This document shows, one piece after another, positions 32,919 to 42,737 of a DNA stretch of 64,000 bases (position 1 is its first letter; every line of letters begins with the position of its first letter). The DNA comes from an uncultured Lachnospiraceae bacterium (GTDB taxonomy: Bacteria; Bacillota; Clostridia; Lachnospirales; Lachnospiraceae). The stretch lies in contig CAJTOV010000005.1 of the NCBI GenBank assembly GCA_910577765.1, positions 203 to 64,202 of the forward strand, read 5' to 3'. Both the position numbers and the translations under genes were made by a program. The notes under the pieces were generated by a model. That model was not told where the DNA came from. It made no database searches and worked only from the letters and a program-made list of their open reading frames with translations.

Positions 32919-33668
32919 TCATCGTTTTCCCTGTTCCCGCACAATCACATACACCCGTTCACTGTCTTCCCGGACCGGTTCCCTGGTAAATGCGTCGTAC
33001 ATGGCCACCAGTTCCATTCCGGCCTCCCGGACTGCCTGCTTCACTTCCTCCAGCCCGAAGGCATACTGGAAATGGGTCTCCTCGAATTTCCGGTAAAGGC
33101 CGTCCTCCTGACGGACAAACAGGGTCAGATCATACTGATTCACCCGTTCCTCCGGGTCATAATAATTCTCCCAGATAAAGCTGCCTGCCTCCCGGTTCTC
33201 CGCAATGGTCTGCTCCCCCAGAACCGTCTCGTATTTGTAAGGCGTATTCAGATCAAAGATAAAGATTCCGCCCGGGTCCAGATAGTTGTTGGCCAGACCC
33301 AGCACCCGGACCAGTTCCTCCCGGCTCATAAGATAATTCATGGAATCACAGATACTGACTATGGCCCTTACGGTGCCGTACAGCTCAAACTCCCGCATGT
33401 CCTGCATCAGATAGAGAATCTCCTCCGGGCCGCTCTTTTCCCTGGCAATCTCCAGCATTTCCCCTGACAGATCAATGCCGATCATGTCATAGCCCCTGCC
33501 GGCCAGCAGTCTTGTAAGCTTTCCTGTACCGCAGCCCAGGTCCGCCACCAGACCGTCCTGTATCCCATATTCTTCCAGAAGTCCCGCCAGATATCCGCAC
33601 CACTCTTCATAGGGAATATCATCCATAAACAGATCGTAGACTTCCGCAAACCCTGTATATGCATCCAT
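32919..33668 (-). CDS. Class I SAM-dependent methyltransferase
   Basis: MDAYTGFAEVYD, DLGCGTG. The ORF-track N-terminal extension is likely spurious. Confidence 0.92.
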   Translation of the reverse strand: MDAYTGFAEVYDLFMDDIPYEEWCGYLAGLLEEYGIQDGLVADLGCGTGKLTRLLAGRGYDMIGIDLSGEMLEIAREKSGPEEILYLMQDMREFELYGTVRAIVSICDSMNYLMSREELVRVLGLANNYLDPGGIFIFDLNTPYKYETVLGEQTIAENREAGSFIWENYYDPEERVNQYDLTLFVRQEDGLYRKFEETHFQYAFGLEEVKQAVREAGMELVAMYDAFTREPVREDSERVYVIVREQGKR

Positions 33669-33796
33669 ATGCTGCCGTCCTTTCCGGCCTGCGCCAAAAA
33701 TCGGGGCCTTCACGAAAAAGGCAGGCCCACCCAATGGATGTCCTGCCCCCACATACCGCTGCCCAGAGCATGTCCGGTCATGAATTCCCGACAGCT

Positions 33797-34306
33797 CTAT
33801 GCGTTCTTTCCGCAGCATTTCTTATATTTCAGACCGCTGCCACAAGGACATGGATCATTCCTGCCGACCTTCTTCGGCTTGCGGATGGTGCCGGAAGCCT
33901 TCTGCTCCTTGTACAGCTCTTTTCTCCGCTCCTCACTGATCAGGGTCTCCCACTGGGGCAGACCGTAGAGCCACTCTGCCTTGGCCTCCACCATATTGTA
34001 GTAAAGCTTCTCCGGGTCAATCTCGATGCGGACCTGGGTGTCCTCATCCATGGTGTCAATGGGATTCTGGTAGTCCTTCAGGCTCTCATTGATCCCGTCC
34101 AGGAAACCGGTCATGATCAGGATATCCGTCTCATACTTTTCTGCCAGCTCCTTCACCGTACCGGTGACAACCTCCTGGGGATTGGAAAGAATCTTTTCGT
34201 AGATCCCCTTCTCGATTGCAAAATAACCGTCCCACAGATTCTTCTTCTGTTTATCGTCCAGACCATCACCGTAAGCGAGGTTGCGCCAGTTCTCTAATAA
34301 TGACAT
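33797..34306 (-). CDS. SEC-C metal-binding domain protein
   Basis: C-terminal [19 protein letters not shown]. Confidence 0.93.
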   Translation of the reverse strand: MSLLENWRNLAYGDGLDDKQKKNLWDGYFAIEKGIYEKILSNPQEVVTGTVKELAEKYETDILIMTGFLDGINESLKDYQNPIDTMDEDTQVRIEIDPEKLYYNMVEAKAEWLYGLPQWETLISEERRKELYKEQKASGTIRKPKKVGRNDPCPCGSGLKYKKCCGKNA

Positions 34307-34371
34307 ATCAACTATCCTTCCTTTGTCCTATTCTTCTACTAGCCCGGCGCCGTCCGGGGCACCGTGCTTAC

Positions 34372-34400
34372 AGTATATACCATTTCTTTGGGTTTTGCAA
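34372..34400 (-). promoter_or_regulatory. Sigma-A promoter of the SEC-C to deo gene run
   Basis: TTGCAA-17-TATACT on the minus strand. Confidence 0.7.
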
Positions 34401-34555
34401 TTAGAAACCCACGCATCCGAAGGAAAAGTTATGGATGCTGATGTTGCCATCAGCAAATTGAGGGTTAAATATGGATTATCCAAAAATGGATAAGCAGAAT
34501 GAGAGACCTGTACCCCCTTTCCACTTATCCATTTTCCACATTCCGCAAAACAGAA

Positions 34556-35530
34556 TTAAAACCTGCTGACGACCGCAGCCCCCTCCAGCTTCTTCTGATA
34601 CGCCTGGTATTTCTGATCCAGTTCCATCCACTCTTCAAACACATAAGGCGAAAAATTGTGGGGCGGAAGCCGGTAGTGGGCCGGAATCTCCAGTTCCTCG
34701 GAATACACGGAGCTTTTATTCCGGAAATTCTGCTCCATGCAGTGAAGCATGCCCAGGGTGGCCGCCTTCATGGCCACATGGTTGGAAACCAGGTGAAATC
34801 CCCATTCCTGCAATTCCTCAAACGTACAGTCTGCCTTCCCGTCTGTGCAGTGAATATCCGGGTAGAATCTCCAGCCCGGCACCTCCCTGGCAATGGCGCG
34901 GCATTCTGCCTCGCAGCCTGCGTGACAGATGTTCTGGACCATGGTAATCTCTGCCCCTGCCTGGTGGGCCATCTGCATTCTAAGTATGGCTTCTTCCAGT
35001 CCGAGTCCGCCCATCTGGCCAAAGGAACCGGTCCGCTCTGAGCCTCCGCCTTTGGAATTGGTCCGGGCAATGATCATGCAGCCGGTTCCCTTCACCGCGT
35101 CCACGGCCGCATGGATATTGGTGGCAAACAGATTCCGGTCCATACAGCTGGTAGTGGTACGGTAATGATAACCGCAGGAAAGCCCTCCCGACTCACTGTC
35201 CTCCACCGTAATTGCCATGACTCCTGCCTCTGCAAGCCGCCTGCAGTTTCTGTATACCTGCATAGGATTTCCGCCTGCATTATCCGCGTCCACAATCAGC
35301 GGCAGAGAGCTTGCCCTTGCAATCCGTTCACTTTTCATGATAAATTCTTCCCAGTTGGCCAGGGATGCCGGTGTTCCGTTCATGCCATATTCCAGCTCAC
35401 AGCTGCTTAGCAGAATGGCATTATAGCCAGTCAGTTCCGCACAACGGGCGGACAGACAGTCATAGATGCAGGGTGCCCATATAAATTCTCCCCGCTCCAG
35501 CAGCTGCCGGATGGTTGTCTTCGGTCCCAT
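34556..35530 (-). CDS. Isocitrate lyase/PEP mutase superfamily protein
   Basis: APCIYDCLSAR, LIVDADNAGG, ITVED, IIARTN. Start at ATG 35530. Confidence 0.85.
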   Translation of the reverse strand: MGPKTTIRQLLERGEFIWAPCIYDCLSARCAELTGYNAILLSSCELEYGMNGTPASLANWEEFIMKSERIARASSLPLIVDADNAGGNPMQVYRNCRRLAEAGVMAITVEDSESGGLSCGYHYRTTTSCMDRNLFATNIHAAVDAVKGTGCMIIARTNSKGGGSERTGSFGQMGGLGLEEAILRMQMAHQAGAEITMVQNICHAGCEAECRAIAREVPGWRFYPDIHCTDGKADCTFEELQEWGFHLVSNHVAMKAATLGMLHCMEQNFRNKSSVYSEELEIPAHYRLPPHNFSPYVFEEWMELDQKYQAYQKKLEGAAVVSRF

Positions 35531-35550
35531 ATACTTTTCCACCTTTCTTT

Positions 35551-36519
35551 TTATACATGATGACATGCCACATAATGTCCGTTTCCCACATTCTTAAGCT
35601 CCGGCACCGCTTCCCGGCACTGGTTTGTGCTCCGGCTGCACCGGGGATGGAAGGGACATCCGGAGGGCTTGTGAATCGGGCTTGGAACTTCCCCTTCCAG
35701 CACGATCCGGTCCCGCTTCTGCTCTTCGTAATAATCCACCACCGGAATAGCCGACAGCAGGGCGATGGTATAAGGATGCAGCGGGTGCCGGTACAGCTCC
35801 ACCGACTCCATCATCTCCATGATCTGGCCCAGGTACATCACAGCCACCACATCGGCAATATGCCGCACCACTGCCAGGTCGTGGGCCACGAACACATAGG
35901 TAAGATTTTCCTCTCTCTGAAGCTTCCGGAACAGATTGATGATCTGGGCCTGGATGGACACATCCAGGGCGGAAACCGGCTCATCGCAGATAATCAGCTC
36001 CGGTCCGGTGGCCAGGGCCCTGGCAATTCCCAGACGCTGTCTTTGTCCGCCGCTCATTTCATGGGGATAGCGTCTGCCCATATCCTCCGAGAGGCCCACC
36101 TTTACCAGCAGTTCCCCCACACGGGCATCCACCTCGCCCCGCCCCATGTTCCTGTGATCCTCCACATACACCTCCCGGACTGCCGAAAATCCGGTCTGCC
36201 GCGGGTCCAGGGAACCGTATGGGTCCTGGAAAATCATCCCCATCTTCCGGCGCAAAGGGGAAAACTCCTGATCCGACATGCCCAGGATTTCGTTTCCTTT
36301 GAACCATACGGAGCCGCCGGTAGCCTTGTGGATTCTTAAAATACATTTTCCGGTGGTGGTTTTTCCGCATCCGCTTTCTCCCACCAGGCCCAGGGTTTTC
36401 CCTTTCATCACAGAAAAGCTTACATTGTCCACAGCCTTCACAAAATTCCTGCTGTGTTTGCCTGCCGGAAAAAACATTTTCAGATTTTCAACTTTCAGTA
36501 ATGGCTTCTCAGCAGTCAC
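35551..36519 (-). CDS. Oligo/dipeptide ABC ATPase (OppF/DppF-like)
   Basis: GESGCGKTT, SGGQRQR, DEPVSALD, GCPFHPRC. Confidence 0.95.
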   Translation of the reverse strand: MTAEKPLLKVENLKMFFPAGKHSRNFVKAVDNVSFSVMKGKTLGLVGESGCGKTTTGKCILRIHKATGGSVWFKGNEILGMSDQEFSPLRRKMGMIFQDPYGSLDPRQTGFSAVREVYVEDHRNMGRGEVDARVGELLVKVGLSEDMGRRYPHEMSGGQRQRLGIARALATGPELIICDEPVSALDVSIQAQIINLFRKLQREENLTYVFVAHDLAVVRHIADVVAVMYLGQIMEMMESVELYRHPLHPYTIALLSAIPVVDYYEEQKRDRIVLEGEVPSPIHKPSGCPFHPRCSRSTNQCREAVPELKNVGNGHYVACHHV

Positions 36520-36522
36520 CCC

Positions 36523-37533
36523 TTATTCCTCCTTATTTAACCGGTGGCATGCCACATAATGGCCAGCCGCCTTTCTCAGCTCCGGCTGTCCCTGGGTCCT
36601 GCACAATTCACACACAAAGGGACAGCGCGGTGCAAATGCACAGCAGGCCGGAGCCTCCAGCAGATTGGGCGGTGCTCCGTCAATGGGTTCCAGATCGCTG
36701 TTCTTGTCGTTCTCCAGCCTGGGCACCGAATTCAGCAGTCCCTGGGTATAGGGATGCAGCGGATGCACCAGAAGTTCTTCGGTTGTTCCCGATTCGATCA
36801 CCCGTCCTGCATACATCACATAAATCCGGTCCGCATATCTGGAAACCAGTCCCAGATTGTGGGTAACCACCACCAGGGAGCTTCTATACTCCCGCACAAT
36901 CCCCAGCAGTACCTCCATAACCTGGGCCTGGGTCGTTACGTCCAGGGCCGTGGTAGGCTCGTCCGCAATAATCAGCTTTGCATGACAGGCCACGGAAAAA
37001 GCAATCAGAACCCTCTGCCGCATACCACCGCTAAGCTCAAAGGGATAGTTCTTCATCCTGGCTTCAGGTTCCGGGATTCCCACAGATTCCAGGGCACTGA
37101 CGGCGATCCGGACCGCTTCCTTTTTGCTGACCTTCTGGTGGGTCCGGATAATATCGGTCATCTGCTTCCCGATGGTAAATACCGGATTCAGGGAGGTCAT
37201 AGGCTCCTGGAAGATCATGGAAATCTCCGCCCCCCGGTACCTGCGCATTTCCTTTGAATTCCGGTCCAGCTTCAGCAGGTCCTTCCCCTGGAACAGCACT
37301 TCCCCCTTTATGATTTTACCCGGCGGCGTCTGGACCAGCTGGATCACGGACATCTGGGTCACGGATTTTCCGCAGCCGCTTTCTCCTACAATGGCCACTA
37401 CCTCTTCCTGGTTCACATGGTAAGTCACGCCGTTTACGGCATGGACTTCCCCGGCAGGCGTGAAGAAGGATACATGCAGATCATTCACCTCCAGCAGCCG
37501 CTCTTTTCCGGCCTCGTGTTTCTCTACAGGCAT
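36523..37533 (-). CDS. Oligo/dipeptide ABC ATPase (OppD/DppD-like)
   Basis: GESGCGKS, SGGMRQR, DEPTTALDV. Confidence 0.95.
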   Translation of the reverse strand: MPVEKHEAGKERLLEVNDLHVSFFTPAGEVHAVNGVTYHVNQEEVVAIVGESGCGKSVTQMSVIQLVQTPPGKIIKGEVLFQGKDLLKLDRNSKEMRRYRGAEISMIFQEPMTSLNPVFTIGKQMTDIIRTHQKVSKKEAVRIAVSALESVGIPEPEARMKNYPFELSGGMRQRVLIAFSVACHAKLIIADEPTTALDVTTQAQVMEVLLGIVREYRSSLVVVTHNLGLVSRYADRIYVMYAGRVIESGTTEELLVHPLHPYTQGLLNSVPRLENDKNSDLEPIDGAPPNLLEAPACCAFAPRCPFVCELCRTQGQPELRKAAGHYVACHRLNKEE

Positions 37534-37535
37534 AT

Positions 37536-38411
37536 TCAAATCCTCCCTCTCAGTCTCGGGTCCAGCGTATCCCGCAGGGAATCCCCAATAATGTTAAAGG
37601 AAATCACCAGCAGGGTAATACAGATTCCCGGAGCCAGACACAGAACCGGCCTTCTGAAAATGTATTCATATCCGTCAGAAACCATAGTTCCCCAGGAAGC
37701 CTGGGGCGCCTGGATTCCGATTCCCAGAAAGCTCAGTGTGGACTCCAGCATCACAGCCTTACCCAGATTCATGGCAAACATGACAATGGCACTGGGAATG
37801 CTGTTGAGCAGCAGATGCTTAAACACAATCTGGATGCTTTTTACATTGGCCAGACGCAGGGCAACCACATAATCGCTCTCTTTTAACTGAATCACAACAC
37901 TGTAGATCAGACGGATGTAAGACGGAATGTATCCGATTCCCATGGCAATGATCAGGGCTACCAGACCGTACCCCAGAAACAGGCCTGCAATGATGGTGAT
38001 CAGCATGGCCGGAAGGGACATCTGGAAATCCACATACCGCATAATCAGTGTCTCCCAGATACTACCCTGCCAGTATGCCGCAATCAGGCCCAGGGCGATT
38101 CCCACCACAGCCGAGCCAAGGCAGGCAAAGAAACAGGCAACCAGGGAAACTCTGGCCCCATAGAGAATCCGGGTCATCACATCCCTGCCCTGGACATCGG
38201 TTCCAAGCCAGTGTTTCCAGGATGGTTCACTTAAAAATTCCCGCAGATTGATGGCATTGGGATCGTACGGTGTCAGTACCGGCCCCAGGATCATTCCCAC
38301 CAGAAACAGCAGTACTATGGCCGTTGCCGCCTTTACAATGATCCCCCGGCTGAAGAACCGCCGGATGAACTGTACAGCAGCCGACTGCTCCCTTGTCTTT
38401 TTCCCGGTCAT
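37536..38411 (-). CDS. Oligo/dipeptide ABC permease (OppC/DppC-like)
   Basis: HWLGTD..GRD..RILYGAR, LSFLGIG, GDSLRDTLDP. Confidence 0.94.
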   Translation of the reverse strand: MTGKKTREQSAAVQFIRRFFSRGIIVKAATAIVLLFLVGMILGPVLTPYDPNAINLREFLSEPSWKHWLGTDVQGRDVMTRILYGARVSLVACFFACLGSAVVGIALGLIAAYWQGSIWETLIMRYVDFQMSLPAMLITIIAGLFLGYGLVALIIAMGIGYIPSYIRLIYSVVIQLKESDYVVALRLANVKSIQIVFKHLLLNSIPSAIVMFAMNLGKAVMLESTLSFLGIGIQAPQASWGTMVSDGYEYIFRRPVLCLAPGICITLLVISFNIIGDSLRDTLDPRLRGRI

Positions 38412-38412
38412 A

Positions 38413-39378
38413 TTATTTCCCTCCCGATGATAAACGAATCCGTGGATCAATCAGTCCGTACACAATATCCAGCAACAGATTGCACAGCACCACCACCACG
38501 GAGATAAACAGAACCAGAGCCTGGATCACCAGATAATCCGTGTTGGATACGGAGGTCATAATCAGGCGCCCCATTCCCGCAATGGAGAAGCACACCTCAA
38601 TCAGCATAGAACCGCCGATGATCGTGGGAACCTGCAGGCCCACCACAGTAATCACCGGAATCAGGGCATTTCTCAGGGCATATTCGTATTTGATCCGGGT
38701 CTCGGATACCCCATAGGCACGTGCCGTCCGGATATAATCCTGGCTGATCACCTCCAGCATGTTGGTCCTTACCTGCCTGGCCACAGCCGCCAGGGGCTGC
38801 AGACTGATCAGCGCCACCGGCATAATGGCATGGAGAAACCACTGCCATAAATCTTCCGACGGCTTCACATACCCGATGACAGGCAGCCAGCCAAGCTTCG
38901 TTCCCAACAGATTCATCAGCAGAATCGCCAGCCAGAAGATAGGAACCCCATTGGTTCCGGCAATATAGACCGTAAGGACCTGGTCAATCAGGGAGCCTCT
39001 ATGGGTTGCACAGATGGTCCCGAAGAAGATACCGAATACAATGGCAATGGTAAAAGCCGGGATTGACAGGCTCAGGGTCGTAGGTATACGCGCAGCAAAA
39101 ATACGGTTGATGCTGTCATTCAGCACCAGTGATCTTCCCAGGTTTCCGTTTAAAATGTTCCCAAACCACAGCTGCATCTGGGTGAAAAGCGGTTTATCCA
39201 GATTCAACGAGCGACGGGCTGCCTCAACGGCTGCTTCGTCGGCATCGGAACCGATCATCGCACGGACCGGATCTCCCGGTACAAACCGGATCACACAGAA
39301 TGCAAACACTCCGGCAAGAACAATGATGAAGAATGCAATCAATATTCTCTTTAAGATGTATCTTGTCAGTGAGTTCAT
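38413..39378 (-). CDS. Oligo/dipeptide ABC permease (OppB/DppB-like)
   Basis: PGDP, DYIRTARAYG, LRNALIP, DIVYGLIDPR. Confidence 0.94.
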   Translation of the reverse strand: MNSLTRYILKRILIAFFIIVLAGVFAFCVIRFVPGDPVRAMIGSDADEAAVEAARRSLNLDKPLFTQMQLWFGNILNGNLGRSLVLNDSINRIFAARIPTTLSLSIPAFTIAIVFGIFFGTICATHRGSLIDQVLTVYIAGTNGVPIFWLAILLMNLLGTKLGWLPVIGYVKPSEDLWQWFLHAIMPVALISLQPLAAVARQVRTNMLEVISQDYIRTARAYGVSETRIKYEYALRNALIPVITVVGLQVPTIIGGSMLIEVCFSIAGMGRLIMTSVSNTDYLVIQALVLFISVVVVLCNLLLDIVYGLIDPRIRLSSGGK

Positions 39379-39462
39379 TCCCGCTCCCTTCCAGGATATT
39401 TTCAGAAACAGTACTCCTGCCCGGCTTACACCGGACAGGAGGCCCTAACCGCCAGTCCCAGA

Positions 39463-41127
39463 CTACTTGCATACTCCAATATTGGAAAAGTTCATGTAAT
39501 TACAAGGTGTGGAAATCCATCCGTCATCCACGATCCGGTCATTGCACAGAACCCGGGAGCCTTTGGTGTGGGCGATGGTGTATGCCAGGCAGTAATCGTC
39601 AAACAGCAGTTTTGCGGCGGTCTTCCATTGGGTCATCATGGAATCCGTATCCGGTGCGCTCATGGCATTGTCCATGGCTTCTTTCAGCTCCCCGGGAAGC
39701 AGCTTGCACTTATTGAGCATACCATTGCCCTCATTCTGTAAAGCAAAGTTGCTGTAGGCCTGGTTGATGATATTGTTGTCAAATCCATGGCTCAGAAAGA
39801 TCATGCCTTCCGGAATCTCATACATGATGGTTCCGGACCACTCTGCATTATCCGCATACTCCAGCTTCACGTCGATTCCGATTTCCTTCAGATAACTCTG
39901 CAGCACCACCATATAATCATTGACATGCATCTCGTTTCCTGTATAGATGGTAGTGGAAAATCCATCCGGATACCCTGCCTCTGCCAGCAGTTCCTTGGCC
40001 TTTTCCACATCATACTCATAAGGATTGATTCCGTCCACATAGAAGGGGCTGCCCTTGGCTGCGTACTGGCCGCTGAAGGTATCAATTCCAAATCCAAGGG
40101 AATCACAGATGGCCTGGGCATCAATGGCGTAGCAGATGGCCTGGCGCACTTTGGTATCGTTTAAGGGAGAGCTTTCCACACCGCTGGCAAAGACGATAAA
40201 GTATGCATTATACCTGGCTGTATTGGAAAACTCCTGGTATCCCTGGGCCAGCATGGTATTCTCAAACATGGTATTTCCATTATAATATCCGTCGATCTCT
40301 CCGGCTTTCAGCGCATTCTCCGCAGCGGTCTGGTCTGCCACTACCCGGATGGTGTAGGAATCCAGATGGCCCATGGCATCCTTGTCCCAGTAATTTTCGT
40401 TTCGCACCAGGGTCTTGTATTCATCCTTTACCCATTTGTCCAGGACATAGGGGCCGGTTCCCACCGGGTTCTCCATACACCAGTCATACCCGTTGTCATC
40501 AAAGGCCTTTTTGGAATACATCAGACCGGCAACATCCGCCAGGCTGAAAGGCATCTGGGAGGTCCATTCTGTCAGATGAATGGCCACCGTATAATCATCC
40601 ACCTTCTCAAAAGACTCCACCTTGGAAAAATGGGTGGCAGAGCTCTGGGAATTCTCCTTAAAATTCTCAAGATTCCATACAAGTACATCCGCGTTCAGAG
40701 GGGAATTATCCGAAAAATGCACATCCTCCCGCAGGTGAATGGTATAGGTCAGATTGTCGTAATCAGCGTCCAGGGCCGTGGCCAGATGGGCTTTCACGGT
40801 CCCGTCATCGTTCATCCGGAACAGGGGTTCGTAGATCCCGGACCAGTTCAGACGCTCATAAGGGCTTCTGACCCTCCAGGCTGCCACATTGGAACAGTCT
40901 GTACTGCATGCGATGGTAACACTTCCGCCTTCCAGGATTTCCTTTCCTTCGGTCGCTGCCGGCTGTGTCTCCAGAATGTCCTTGGGCGCCTGGGTCTCTG
41001 CCGCCTCTGCGGTTGTACTTTCTGCCGGCCGGGAAGGCTGGGAAGAACCTCCAAAGCAGCCGGCCAGGGTGCTCCCTGCCAGCAGGACCGCCGTCAATAA
41101 CGATAACCACTGTCTGCTTTTTTTCAT
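39463..41127 (-). CDS. ABC substrate-binding lipoprotein, family 5 (OppA/DppA-like)
   Basis: Lipobox LAGC; PVGTGPY; YDVEKAKELLAEAGY. Confidence 0.93.
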   Translation of the reverse strand: MKKSRQWLSLLTAVLLAGSTLAGCFGGSSQPSRPAESTTAEAAETQAPKDILETQPAATEGKEILEGGSVTIACSTDCSNVAAWRVRSPYERLNWSGIYEPLFRMNDDGTVKAHLATALDADYDNLTYTIHLREDVHFSDNSPLNADVLVWNLENFKENSQSSATHFSKVESFEKVDDYTVAIHLTEWTSQMPFSLADVAGLMYSKKAFDDNGYDWCMENPVGTGPYVLDKWVKDEYKTLVRNENYWDKDAMGHLDSYTIRVVADQTAAENALKAGEIDGYYNGNTMFENTMLAQGYQEFSNTARYNAYFIVFASGVESSPLNDTKVRQAICYAIDAQAICDSLGFGIDTFSGQYAAKGSPFYVDGINPYEYDVEKAKELLAEAGYPDGFSTTIYTGNEMHVNDYMVVLQSYLKEIGIDVKLEYADNAEWSGTIMYEIPEGMIFLSHGFDNNIINQAYSNFALQNEGNGMLNKCKLLPGELKEAMDNAMSAPDTDSMMTQWKTAAKLLFDDYCLAYTIAHTKGSRVLCNDRIVDDGWISTPCNYMNFSNIGVCK

Positions 41128-41310
41128 AACATCTCTCCTTGTCCTCTTTTATAAATGTACGCCGGACTCCCTGTCCATCCACTGGTTACAGTGAAAATCC
41201 AGCGCTACACATGGCACTCCGTTGACCGAATATACATGCGGCCACATGTTCTATCCCCGGTATCCTGCCGTGTCGTCCAGAATCCCTGCCCCGGCACCTG
41301 CTTTCACCAG

Positions 41311-41640
41311 CTATCTGTACAAAATTAATGCAATCATCTCAATATCTTCACCGGCCGCTGCTTCAATACCGTGCCCGGACTGGTCTCCCGTGAACAGTAC
41401 GTCCCCAGGGCCAATCTCCGTTATGGTTCCATTATCGTTGAATCTGCCATGTCCACTGAGGATATAGTAGGTCTCCGACTCTCCCTGATGCACATGATAC
41501 CCAATCCCGGAGCCTGCATGGACAGTTGTGTGGCAAAACACCCTTCCCTTCTGATACATCTCTTCCGGAGTCTCCAGAATATCACGGACTGTAATATTCC
41601 CGACTCCGCCAAATGGACTGGTCTTTGTTAAGACCTTCAT
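41311..41640 (-). CDS. Cupin domain protein
   Basis: HVHQGESETYYILSG and GHGIE metal-binding motifs. Start at ATG 41640. Confidence 0.88.
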   Translation of the reverse strand: MKVLTKTSPFGGVGNITVRDILETPEEMYQKGRVFCHTTVHAGSGIGYHVHQGESETYYILSGHGRFNDNGTITEIGPGDVLFTGDQSGHGIEAAAGEDIEMIALILYR

Positions 41641-41721
41641 TTCTTCCCTTCTTCGAACCAAAGACTTCCCCCTCCTTTTGATTTTATGTGATCCTTTTAT
41701 GTTCACTTGTTTTATGCTTAT

Positions 41722-41750
41722 AGTATACAATATAGTTTTATCATGTTCAA
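41722..41750 (-). promoter_or_regulatory. Sigma-A promoter of the cupin/opp cluster
   Basis: TTGAAC-17-TATACT on the minus strand. Confidence 0.65.
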
Positions 41751-41915
41751 TATGAATATGTAACATTTTTCCTGCTTACCTTTCGTTGTTTTGCACAATT
41801 TTTATTCTTCCAACCAAGAAAAATAAATCATTTTAGTTGTTTTTTCTTGATTTACGGACGAAACAAGCCCGGCAATCTTCACAAAACGCATACCAAAATC
41901 TGGTGATTTTCCACC

Positions 41916-41944
41916 TTGTCATTTTCTTTTATTTTTATTATAAT
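41916..41944 (+). promoter_or_regulatory. Sigma-A promoter of gntR
   Basis: TTGTCA-17-TATAAT. Confidence 0.7.
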
Positions 41945-41986
41945 GATCTGGTTGTATACTTTATGTTTTTAGAATGGAGGCAGACT

Positions 41987-42679
41987 ATGCCAGTAAAAGC
42001 GAACCGCGATTTAAAGAATCACGCATATAAGATTTTAAAAGAACGGCTGATCAACTGTATCTATGAGCCAGGCTCTTTCCTCAATGAGGCCCAGCTGGCT
42101 GCTGACTTAGGTTTAAGCCGCACACCGGTACGGGAGGCCATCAACCGGCTGGAGTCTGAGGGATTTGTAAAGATCATGCCCAAGAAGGGGATCTATGTCT
42201 CGGATATCCAGCTCAGTGACATTCTCCAGATCTTCCAGGCCCGGATCGAGATTGAACCGGTGGCCCTGCGCATGGCCGCGCCCCATCTGCCTATGGATGA
42301 GCTGTTAAGATTCCGTGAAACCTTTTCCCAGGATTTCCCGGATGTGAAAAACGGCTTCCGCCTGGACACTGCCATGCATTTATTTATCATAGAATACTGC
42401 GGAAACCGGTATATCATCGATATGATGCACAATCTCTTTGACAATAACACCAAGGTGGTCATTGCCAGCAAACAGAATCTGGTCCAGATCCATGACGCCC
42501 GGGTGGAGCATCTGGATATTATCAATACCTTGATTGAGAAGGATTTTGACAAAGCCGTGGGCCTTATGCGCACCCATGTGGAGACCTGCCGCAGGGCTGC
42601 CCTGGATTACTTTTACAGCCTGGAAGCATACAGCGCCACGCCGCCGGCTACTTACAAGAATCATCTGAAAATCATGTAA
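41987..42679 (+). CDS. GntR-family (FCD) transcriptional regulator
   Basis: LSRTPVREAINRLESEG HTH plus an FCD-like C-terminus; GGAGG RBS before ATG 41987. Confidence 0.93.
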   Translation: MPVKANRDLKNHAYKILKERLINCIYEPGSFLNEAQLAADLGLSRTPVREAINRLESEGFVKIMPKKGIYVSDIQLSDILQIFQARIEIEPVALRMAAPHLPMDELLRFRETFSQDFPDVKNGFRLDTAMHLFIIEYCGNRYIIDMMHNLFDNNTKVVIASKQNLVQIHDARVEHLDIINTLIEKDFDKAVGLMRTHVETCRRAALDYFYSLEAYSATPPATYKNHLKIM

Positions 42680-42737
42680 CAAAGGCACTGCAGGGCTGGA
42701 ACAAACATCTGGTCCAGCCCATGCACTGCCTGATTTC

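Noticed and set aside
31284..33467. 727-aa plus-strand ORF (likewise 55409-56860, 7965-8984 and many others)
   Set aside because: These are antisense shadows of well-supported genes in GC-rich coding DNA, with no motifs or RBS.
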